In this document: piece by piece, positions 56,700 to 64,000 of the stretch | How positions within the stretch are numbered: position 1 is the first letter of the stretch | How the letters are laid out: the number at the start of each line of letters is the position of its first letter | From: a bacterium | GTDB lineage: Bacteria > Acidobacteriota > HRBIN11 > JAKEFK01 | Direction of reading: 5' to 3' | DNA: 64,000 nt | NCBI GenBank assembly: GCA_022616075.1 | Contig: JAKEFK010000048.1 | Span: 2,371-66,370 of the forward strand | Program-made: the position numbers and the translations under genes | The notes under the pieces: model-generated | The model's database searches: none | What the model saw: only the letters and a program-made list of their open reading frames with translations | Told to the model about the DNA's origin: nothing

Positions 56700-57524
56700 C
56701 TACTTCTTCCGCTCGTTCAGATGCCAGTCATAATCGAGATAAACGACCTTTACAGCGTCCTTTTTTAGCGTTTCAGCAACCTCAGGTGACAGGTATTTAC
56801 TGCTGAAAGCAACAGGACCGGCCTGTTTTTTGGAATAGCGGGTGCGCCAACTTTCATCGGCGAAAGAAGCGAAATCTTCGGAAAACCAATCGAATATTTT
56901 CGAGAGCTCCAGTTTTTTCTGGCCCGAATTCCAACGCACCTTTGCGGGATTGTTAATGAAGTCTCGCGCAGCAGTCTCTAACTGTTCCTGGAGTGCGCTT
57001 GCGCGAAAGGGCTCGGAACGCAATGCGGGACAACCGATCGAAGCGCAAACGATAGCGAAATGGATTCGCGGTTCTTTAAAGATCGGCCGAAGAATTTTGT
57101 GTTCTATATCATTCAAAGACACTTCCCGGCCCGCGGAGCGTGTTTTGATGTTGTCCCAAATGCCCGAAATTCGCTGCACGCTGTTATCCGGGTACAATAC
57201 GCCGAGCAATCTTCCTCCACGAATCGGGTAGCGGTCGATTACAATCTGCAGAAACCAGCCGTTGTATGCGTTGATCCAAAAAGCCAGCTGCTGATCGCGT
57301 GACCAGTCTTCGTACTCATTCGTTGTAACCGCGCCGAGCTGTCTCACAAATTGATCGATCCCTTTTCTGTCCTTTTGAAGAGCCGCGTAATCCACAAGAC
57401 CATCCTTTACGTTGGCCTTCAGCACTTCACCATAGTCTCGGTATTCATGATCAAACGCGGAAGCGCTGCTGCAAAAAATAATGAAAGTAAGGAGCAGGAA
57501 CCTGTGGTATATCATAAGTTTCAT
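56700..57524 (-). CDS. DUF547 domain protein (secreted)
   Basis: Signal peptide and the hallmark AFWINAYNGWFL motif of DUF547. Confidence 0.75.
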   Translation of the reverse strand: MKLMIYHRFLLLTFIIFCSSASAFDHEYRDYGEVLKANVKDGLVDYAALQKDRKGIDQFVRQLGAVTTNEYEDWSRDQQLAFWINAYNGWFLQIVIDRYPIRGGRLLGVLYPDNSVQRISGIWDNIKTRSAGREVSLNDIEHKILRPIFKEPRIHFAIVCASIGCPALRSEPFRASALQEQLETAARDFINNPAKVRWNSGQKKLELSKIFDWFSEDFASFADESWRTRYSKKQAGPVAFSSKYLSPEVAETLKKDAVKVVYLDYDWHLNERKK

Positions 57525-57557
57525 TTTACTGGAGATAGATCTCCTTTTTTAGTCGCA

Positions 57558-59255
57558 ATGAAGAAAACTTCTCTCATACTTTTGTTGCCTCTGGTCGCAA
57601 TTTTATTCATCGGCTCTCAGTTTCGGCGAAAACCGAAACAAGTTGAGCTGACTCGATTTGTCTCTGATCGCATTCTGATCCAGTATGTTCCGAACGACTA
57701 TTTGTCCGCAAATATAGAAAAGCTTGCCACAAGACTGGAGGCAAACCTGCAGGAAGCGGAGAAATTAATAGGCAAACTGCTGGACAAACAGCTGAAGGTC
57801 TATCTTTTTGGAAACTGGGAGGAGAAAGGAAACTACATCAATGATGTCCGGCTGGCCCATGCAGATCCCGGAGAGCGGGCTATTTATTGCATCGTCAATG
57901 ACGAATGGGACGGCATCGCGGAGCGTTTCGAGTTTCAGGTCGTTCTTCAAAATGCAAACGGTGAACCGTTCCGTCCGGAATGGGGAGAATTCAGCTCCAG
58001 CGCGCTCGCCGGAGTCTGGTTCCAAAGAAAGCTGGATGATTGGGAGATTTTTCTGAAGGCACGCGATTTGTTGCCACAGTTCCCGGACCTGTTTACGGAT
58101 CGACAAACCAGCCGTTTTGTGCGCTATCCATGGAATGCTTCTCTCGCGAGATTCCTTGTGCAGGAATACGGCCTGCCGGCAATGATCCAACACTATAAAA
58201 ATGGCGAGCTTCCAGCCGATTATGCTCAAAGATGGGAACAGAAATTGAGAAGCGTTCCACTGGCGAAAATCGAACCTTACGTATTCTCGACCCGCTTCCA
58301 AAAAGGAATGACTTACGCATACACGAATAGCTACGAAGGTGGCTACGCTACAAGAAAATCTGAACAATCGCTGGATGAACTTCAAGATTTAGGCGTGGAA
58401 TGGATTGCGTCCGTGCCTTACGGTTTCATGCGTTCGAATCATGCGAGCGAAATAGGCTACCCCGGCCATCACATTGCAGGCGAAAATGACGAGAGCCTCT
58501 GGGCTCTGGCCGAAGATGCGAAGGCGCGCCGGATCAAAATCATGATGAAACCACAGATCTGGATCAGTCATAATTCCTGGCCGGGAAGAATTGATTTTGA
58601 TTCCACGGAAGGCTGGAATCGCTGGCTGAACAACTACGAGAAATGGATTGTGCACTATGCAATCATCTCAGAACTAACCGGAGCTGATCTGCTTTGCATC
58701 GGGACCGAGTTTGTTCAGGCCACGTTGAAAAATCCTGATCGCTGGCGCTCGATCATTCAAAAAATCCGAAATGTTTATCATGGTCCGCTTACGTACGCGG
58801 CAAACTGGGGGCGTGAGTTCGAGGAAATTCCGTTCTGGGATGCGTTGGATTACATGGGATTGGACAACTACTACGCGGTTCGAACTTCCGAAGACCATGG
58901 AGTTTCCGAGATGAAGTCAGGTTTCGCAAAACAAAAGGAAAAGCTACAAGCCTATTCCTTTCGTTTTTGCCGTCCTCTGCTCTTCACCGAAATCGGTTAC
59001 ATGGCGAACAGCAAAGCCGGCATGGGAACGAAAGAATTTGAAGCGGACGAATCCGATTATGACGAACAGGCGCAGGAAGCCAGTTATCGCCTTGCACTGG
59101 AAACGTACTGGAATGAGCCATGGTTCGCCGGAATGTACTGGTGGAAATGGTTTAGCGACCCGGACGATCGCGGCAGATCCGCAGACACGCACTCGCCCCA
59201 TGACCGGCCCGCTGAAAAAATTGTTGCAGAATGGTACGGGAAAAAAAGGTCTTGA
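57558..59255 (+). CDS. secreted/membrane-anchored putative glycoside hydrolase (TIM-barrel, clan GH-A-like)
   Basis: N-terminal hydrophobic leader. C-terminal half has an NWG...E acid/base-like motif and LLFTEIGY (nucleophile Glu in a TE[IL]G context) followed by WWKWF. The track ORF start at 57351 would overlap the divergent gene. Confidence 0.5.
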   Translation: MKKTSLILLLPLVAILFIGSQFRRKPKQVELTRFVSDRILIQYVPNDYLSANIEKLATRLEANLQEAEKLIGKLLDKQLKVYLFGNWEEKGNYINDVRLAHADPGERAIYCIVNDEWDGIAERFEFQVVLQNANGEPFRPEWGEFSSSALAGVWFQRKLDDWEIFLKARDLLPQFPDLFTDRQTSRFVRYPWNASLARFLVQEYGLPAMIQHYKNGELPADYAQRWEQKLRSVPLAKIEPYVFSTRFQKGMTYAYTNSYEGGYATRKSEQSLDELQDLGVEWIASVPYGFMRSNHASEIGYPGHHIAGENDESLWALAEDAKARRIKIMMKPQIWISHNSWPGRIDFDSTEGWNRWLNNYEKWIVHYAIISELTGADLLCIGTEFVQATLKNPDRWRSIIQKIRNVYHGPLTYAANWGREFEEIPFWDALDYMGLDNYYAVRTSEDHGVSEMKSGFAKQKEKLQAYSFRFCRPLLFTEIGYMANSKAGMGTKEFEADESDYDEQAQEASYRLALETYWNEPWFAGMYWWKWFSDPDDRGRSADTHSPHDRPAEKIVAEWYGKKRS

Positions 59256-60520
59256 AACGCTTACTCCCGGTCTCTTCCGTACTACTAATATCGTACGTAA
59301 TCCTGGGGGTAATTGGGAACTGGAACGCAAACATTCCGCTCTTCCTTTCTGTTAACTTGTTCTGCTTTGCAGTCTATGGAGTGTGCGTTTACTGGCTTTT
59401 CCAGGGCCGGCTTGAAGGCGTATCCGCGCTATACATTCTCGTTCCTGCTGTATTCTTCCGGCTTGCCGTTCTAGGGTCCGAGCCGAGTCTGTCCGAAGAT
59501 TTTTACCGTTACCGCTGGGACGGCCGGGTTCAAGCAGCAGGACACGGACCCTACGACTTCCCTCCGCGCGCAGTTGAACTGCAACCGCTGCGCGATGAAT
59601 ATTACGATCGTATCAATCATAAAGAGTTTCGAACTCCTTATTCAACAGTTGCCGAAACTCTTTTCTATCTGTTTGCGAGAATCTCTACCAATATTGTTTT
59701 ATTCAAATCCTTTCTTGCGATTTTCGATCTAATCCTGCTGGAAATCATTCGAAGGTTGCTCCAAAAAGAGAATAAAAGCGCGGCATGGCTCTTGATCTAT
59801 GCATGGCATCCACTTCCGATCATTGAATTCGCCGGCAGTGGACACATGGATATCATTGGAATCTCGTTGTTATTTCTTTCGTATTTACTGCTGTACCATC
59901 GCCAGACCGCGCTATCGGGGATCACTTTTGCAACGGCAATTCTAACTAAGTATTTACCCGCGCTCGTCCTTCCATGGCTGCTCAAACAGGGGAAATGGAA
60001 ATTTTTGATTGCCGCCGGCGCTGCAGGTCTTCTGCTGCTTCTGCCTTACTATTCCTCCGATTGGAAAATGTTTTCCGGTGTTCTGACTTATTACAAAAAA
60101 TGGCGGTTCAATGATTCCTTATTTGGCTTTTTATACGACTGGCTCGGTGGGGCGGAACCCGCGCGAATGGCAGGGATGCTTATTACTGTGTTGGCGGCTG
60201 GATTCTGTCTCGCAGCCAGGCTTTCGTTTTACCGGTCTGCGTTTATTGTATTTGGAGCTGTGATTCTATTTTCGCCCGTTGTACATCCCTGGTACTTGTG
60301 CTGGATATTGCCGTTTCTGGTTTTTCATCCAAACAAACCCTGGCTATTCTTATGCGGATGGATAATTCTTTCATATCTCGTTCGGCATCTGTACCCGGTT
60401 GGTGTATGGAAGCCGGTCCTATGGTTGAAGTTGCTGATTTATCTCCCATTCTATGCTTTCCTTCTAGTGGATGGTTTGAAAGCGTTGTGGTGCGGGCGAC
60501 TCGCCCGCCAGTTACGATAG
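59231..60520 (+). CDS. polytopic membrane glycosyltransferase-like protein (GT-C fold, DUF2029/GT87-like)
   Basis: At least 10 TM helices and an early acidic loop (LSEDFYRYRWDG) typical of GT-C mannosyltransferase-like proteins. Confidence 0.5.
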   Translation: MVREKKVLKRLLPVSSVLLISYVILGVIGNWNANIPLFLSVNLFCFAVYGVCVYWLFQGRLEGVSALYILVPAVFFRLAVLGSEPSLSEDFYRYRWDGRVQAAGHGPYDFPPRAVELQPLRDEYYDRINHKEFRTPYSTVAETLFYLFARISTNIVLFKSFLAIFDLILLEIIRRLLQKENKSAAWLLIYAWHPLPIIEFAGSGHMDIIGISLLFLSYLLLYHRQTALSGITFATAILTKYLPALVLPWLLKQGKWKFLIAAGAAGLLLLLPYYSSDWKMFSGVLTYYKKWRFNDSLFGFLYDWLGGAEPARMAGMLITVLAAGFCLAARLSFYRSAFIVFGAVILFSPVVHPWYLCWILPFLVFHPNKPWLFLCGWIILSYLVRHLYPVGVWKPVLWLKLLIYLPFYAFLLVDGLKALWCGRLARQLR

Positions 60521-60563
60521 CGCATAGAGTTTGCTTTGCGCAGACGAGACCTCCGCACCAGAT

Positions 60564-61568
60564 TCATTTTCTATGATGCTTTGCTATTTCTTCTTTGCTC
60601 AGGCGTAGAAATCGAGCCGCATTGTTGTAGAGGATGTCCCGTTTTTGTTCTTCACTTAGAAAATCCGCTGTGTTAATTGCGTCAATTGCGGACTCGATCG
60701 TTTTTGGCCAATTCATTTGATCAGAACCGAACATTACACGCTTCTCAAAACCCGCTTCAACAATGCGTTGAAGGTACCTGTGAAACTCTTTGCGCGGAAG
60801 AACAAAGCTAATGACGCCGACATCGATATGAACCTGTGGATGAGCCCAGAGAACCGCAAGCAAGTCATCCAGCATTGGCCACCCGGCGTGCATGATGTAC
60901 ACGCGAAGCTTTGGATGCTGAAGAAGCGCTTCTTCCAGCACAAGCGGACTGTGCAGACGCGCGCGATAATTCTGCATACCGGGAAGATACGCCGCACCCG
61001 GTGGACCTGTGCCGATATGGATTCCGACCGGAACATCCAGTTCCTCGGCCACGGTCAGATACGGCTGGAACATCGGATCGCTTGGCGAAATGCCATCGTA
61101 TTGAATCGACACTTCCGCAAATACCTCATATCGCTTTTCCGCAAACAATCTGCGAACTTCTGCAGGTGTGGGAACACTCGGGTTCAGTAGACCAAACTCC
61201 AAAGCAGGAATGATTCGTTCGCCTCCTGCCTTCTTCCAGTTTTCGATCAAGGGGCCGCTGGTTACAGCATAAATGTTTCGGCGTTCGAGTATTTCCAGAG
61301 TGTCCTTCAAAACACCTTCATCTGTTTCCGGTCCCCAGATCGGATTTTTGCACGGTGGATTCTTCAGCCATCCCATGAAAGTTTCCGTCCAGCTCATGGC
61401 AGGATCCTGCAACGGAATCTCTGAAAGCGGCGCGCAAATCGCCAGGGGCGGCGGACCATTTCCATCCGCCGGGGATGCATGCAGATGCATGTCAATGATG
61501 GGTTCGGGAACCTCTCCTGACGCTGCGTAGCAGAAACAGACAAAAACGAATGCAACCATAATTTTCAT
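60564..61568 (-). CDS. secreted amidohydrolase-2-family metal-dependent hydrolase
   Basis: Signal peptide. IIDMHLHA (HxH metal site), HIG, IMHAGWP, FGSDQ (Asp) are TIM-barrel amidohydrolase signatures. Confidence 0.75.
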   Translation of the reverse strand: MKIMVAFVFVCFCYAASGEVPEPIIDMHLHASPADGNGPPPLAICAPLSEIPLQDPAMSWTETFMGWLKNPPCKNPIWGPETDEGVLKDTLEILERRNIYAVTSGPLIENWKKAGGERIIPALEFGLLNPSVPTPAEVRRLFAEKRYEVFAEVSIQYDGISPSDPMFQPYLTVAEELDVPVGIHIGTGPPGAAYLPGMQNYRARLHSPLVLEEALLQHPKLRVYIMHAGWPMLDDLLAVLWAHPQVHIDVGVISFVLPRKEFHRYLQRIVEAGFEKRVMFGSDQMNWPKTIESAIDAINTADFLSEEQKRDILYNNAARFLRLSKEEIAKHHRK

Positions 61569-61593
61569 TGTGAGCCTCCGTTTCCTAATACGA

Positions 61594-62262
61594 TTAGATG
61601 AGATTTAAAATATCATCGATATTTTCGAGAGCGCGGCTGTAGAGACTGTCTCTGCTAAAGTTTGGCCATCGTTTGAGAAACCAGAGTGCCTGGAAAGCCC
61701 GAATTCCCGCTTCTTCCGCGCCAACAAGTTCCTGCATCCCATCGCTTATGAATAGAGTAGCATCTTGTTCGACAGCAAGCCGACGGCAGGCCTCTGCATA
61801 TATCTCCGGACCTGGCTTTGCCAGATGAACTTCAAAAGAGAAAGCAGTGGCGTCAAACTCAGACGCGAGCGAACTTGTGTGCCATGCCGTTACATCTTCA
61901 GCGAAACAGTTACTGACAACACACATCCGGATGCCGCGACTTCGAAGCTCGCGCAGCAATGCCAGTACTTGAGGTTGGATTTCGCTAAAAGACTGTGCCT
62001 TCTCTCGAATCCTTGCATTACGGATTCGGTCCAGTAGAGAATTTTCGGCAGGATGTTTCAGAGTTGTTGCAATCTCAGCAAGTGCGCGCGAAAACGAAAT
62101 CTGCCCAAGTAGAACGTTCGAGCGACGCACTTTCCATTCAGCGCGGAACGCAGCGGAATCTACACCGAGATCGAAACCAAGAGACGAAGCAGGTGTTGGA
62201 TTCTGGCCGTATTCACTGATCAGTGTCTCAAATAAATCGAAGAGGATCCCTTTAATCATCAA
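61594..62262 (-). CDS. HAD-superfamily hydrolase (haloacid-dehalogenase-like)
   Basis: ILFDLFETL motif I, VVSN motif II, and K...ISDG motif III/IV. Confidence 0.8.
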   Translation of the reverse strand: MMIKGILFDLFETLISEYGQNPTPASSLGFDLGVDSAAFRAEWKVRRSNVLLGQISFSRALAEIATTLKHPAENSLLDRIRNARIREKAQSFSEIQPQVLALLRELRSRGIRMCVVSNCFAEDVTAWHTSSLASEFDATAFSFEVHLAKPGPEIYAEACRRLAVEQDATLFISDGMQELVGAEEAGIRAFQALWFLKRWPNFSRDSLYSRALENIDDILNLI

Positions 62263-62520
62263 CTCTTGTTAACGAATCAGGACCATTAGTCGGCTGGAAC
62301 TATCAACATTCGAAACGCAGGTGTTCTCCGCTCGAACGGCTTCGATAGCCATCTTTGTAAGCATCCAGAATGATCGAGGTGTAATTTAGCGCTCCATCAT
62401 TGTTTCTTTCATCAAATCTCGTGATCTAGCAATTCTTCCGTCTTCTGGGCTCCAGTCTACGAAATGAAAGTTACCTTCCGAGTCGAAGTACTCCAGCAGA
62501 TAATTATGACTTGCTTCATG

Positions 62521-63711
62521 TTATCTGTCGCGCAATGGGGAATAAGGCTTTTTGAGAAACTTCTTCGCCATGTCATGGGAATCAAAAACATCTTTTCTTT
62601 TTAGAACAGTTTGGTACTCGAGTCGTGCCTCATCCCGCTTGGCAAGCGCATCCATGGATTTTCCCGCATTTAAGTGCGCAAGCGTTGCGAGAGCAGGAGG
62701 CGCTTTCTTTGAGTTGTATGCTGCCACAAACTGCTCATACGAATCTTGCCAGCGGTCCGCATCCGAAAGCATGGTTCCATACTGATAGTGAATTAGATCC
62801 GGAATGTACGAACTCGAATCGGGATCCTGAAGCAGCAGATCAAATTCATGCGCGCTTTCGGAAAACTTTCGCAACTGACCTAAAGTCATTGCCCTTTCCA
62901 AACGAAACAGTGAATTCTTTGAATAACGTTGAACCAGTTGATCCAAAGTTTTCAGAGCGTCTGCAATCCGTTTCTCCCGGTTATACAACATCACCAAAAG
63001 CACTTTGCCCTCATCCTTCGCGTAGTTTCCCTCTTTCGCAACTTTTTCCAGCATGGCAATCCCATCCTTCTTGGAACCGCGAACACCACCTATAAAAGCC
63101 AGCACCTTGACCGCCAGAGGCAAACTGCCCACTACGTAGTTGTACATTCCAACAGATAACTGGGCATCGATGCATGTCGGGTCCTTTTCCATAATTTCCC
63201 TGTGAAGTCCCACTCCCTTGGAACCGTTCCTGAGCGCCGGCAAAAAGCTCCTTTTCACTGTTGCCTCATAGCCGGCAACAATGTTCTTCGCAACACCAAG
63301 AAAATAAAGAGAAGGAATATCTTTCCTTCGCGTTTCTAACCGGTTTTCGCAAAGTGAAATACCTTTATCGACTTCCTGCCGAAACGCCTTGTCAATCTTT
63401 GGATCGACTGCATCCTCAGTTTTGCTAAAAAAGGAATTGCCACGGTTGTAGATATTCGTCTGCAACCGCCGCAACTGCGCAAGATGGCCCAGCCAGATTG
63501 TGTTCGCCATGTAAACATGTCCTGCGGGATGCTGCGGGTCCAGATCAATCATTTTCTGAAAACCAGACCGCGCGCCGTCGTAGTCCATATTGAACAATGC
63601 ATCGACACCCTGGTTGCGAAACGTTTCCAGTTCCGGAGAAAGAAGAACGGTGGAAGCGAAAGAAGGACTTACGAGGAGAAACAAGAATAGAATCGAGAAA
63701 CGATAAATCAT
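62521..63711 (-). CDS. secreted TPR-like helical-repeat protein
   Basis: Probable start at MIYRFSILFLFLLVSPSFAST (signal peptide). The track ORF extends to 63840 into the repeat region. Helical-repeat composition. Confidence 0.55.
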   Translation of the reverse strand: MIYRFSILFLFLLVSPSFASTVLLSPELETFRNQGVDALFNMDYDGARSGFQKMIDLDPQHPAGHVYMANTIWLGHLAQLRRLQTNIYNRGNSFFSKTEDAVDPKIDKAFRQEVDKGISLCENRLETRRKDIPSLYFLGVAKNIVAGYEATVKRSFLPALRNGSKGVGLHREIMEKDPTCIDAQLSVGMYNYVVGSLPLAVKVLAFIGGVRGSKKDGIAMLEKVAKEGNYAKDEGKVLLVMLYNREKRIADALKTLDQLVQRYSKNSLFRLERAMTLGQLRKFSESAHEFDLLLQDPDSSSYIPDLIHYQYGTMLSDADRWQDSYEQFVAAYNSKKAPPALATLAHLNAGKSMDALAKRDEARLEYQTVLKRKDVFDSHDMAKKFLKKPYSPLRDR

Positions 63712-63772
63712 CACAGTAATTATATTAAGAAGCAGGCTAAAAGCCTGCGGCCCGTAATGGAGGCTGGAAGCC

Positions 63773-63906
63773 GAGGTTGTTGAAAAATCAATTGGAGCGC
63801 GGACTTCCAGTCCGCAAAAACGTGTTTGCTCGACAAGCATTTTGCGGGCAAGATGCCCGCGCTCCCACTAGAGGACCGCCCGCGATCTGGATTTTTCAAC
63901 AACCTC
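63773..63906. mobile_element. 134-bp non-autonomous MITE: perfect 17-bp TIRs GAGGTTGTTGAAAAATC, 4-bp TSD AGCC, family-3 core inside
   Basis: TIRs at 63773-63789 and 63890-63906 are exact reverse complements. AGCC lies at 63769-63772 and 63907-63910. The flanking sequences rejoin to ggctggaagcc|tgcgctccatag, which matches the uninterrupted paralog ggctggaagcccgcgctccatag at 35439-35462. Confidence 0.8.
63794..63867. repeat. family-3 palindromic core inside the MITE
   Basis: ggagcgcggacttccagtccgcaaaaac...ttttgcgggcaagatgcccgcgctcccac, paralogous to 49994-50067. Confidence 0.75.
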
Positions 63907-64000
63907 AGCCTGCGCTCCATAGCAGCGCAGACGCCTTCGGTCCATTATAATCATTCAAGATGGACTGGCGGGAGCGATTTGGAGTCCCAGAAGGACTACA

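Noticed and set aside
62263-62520. Protein-like translation (HEASHNYLLEYFDSEGNFHFVDWSPEDGRIARSRDLMKETMMER...) in the same frame as, and directly after, the stop of gene 62521-63840 and continuing toward the HAD gene
   Set aside because: Only two stop codons in 86 codons, which is not statistically unusual. No recognisable family, and the fragments are under 60 aa. At most a decayed gene remnant.
1-64000. Search for tRNA, rRNA and CRISPR
   Set aside because: No cloverleaf-compatible GTTCGAATC/T-loop contexts outside CDSs and no rRNA-like conserved stretches. The repeats are dispersed palindromes, not direct repeats separated by unique spacers.

Overview
Dense chromosomal segment of a moderately GC-rich bacterium. 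The gene content (many TPR, Ser/Thr kinase, sigma-54 and two-component genes, GWxTD-like and DUF4388 proteins) suggests an Acidobacteria-like genome, but that is only an impression. I see no rRNA, tRNA, CRISPR array, transposase or prophage genes. Recognisable housekeeping genes include glgC, thiL, a LarE-like PP-loop enzyme, an lepA-lepB operon, a CsaA-like tRNA-binding protein, a cysK-like synthase plus a B12/siderophore-type ABC importer, a peroxiredoxin and a TlpA-like thiol-disulfide oxidoreductase. Signalling genes are unusually abundant: four histidine kinases (one hybrid kinase carries a +1 frameshift), two sigma-54 enhancer-binding proteins, an ECF sigma with a giant TPR anti-sigma factor, an RsbW-like kinase beside a DUF4388 protein, several stand-alone receiver proteins including a degenerate one, and two Ser/Thr kinases, one of them fused to a receiver domain. 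The window is also peppered with at least three families of GC-rich palindromic repeats. One copy is a textbook non-autonomous MITE (17-bp perfect TIRs, 4-bp TSD, empty-site paralog present). Another repeat truncates a DUF4242 gene. Best candidates for an undescribed system: (i) the hybrid-HK -> pseudo-receiver -> STPK-receiver cassette at 26.5-32.0 kb, and (ii) the adjacent four-gene envelope operon (alpha/beta hydrolase, small membrane protein, 407-aa orphan protein, beta-barrel OMP with an in-frame TAG) at 32.0-35.3 kb. Near-identical sigma-54-type promoters (TGGTACAGCYYTTGCT) appear in front of secreted-protein genes and next to the activator genes. All functional calls come from motif recognition by eye; no database search was possible.
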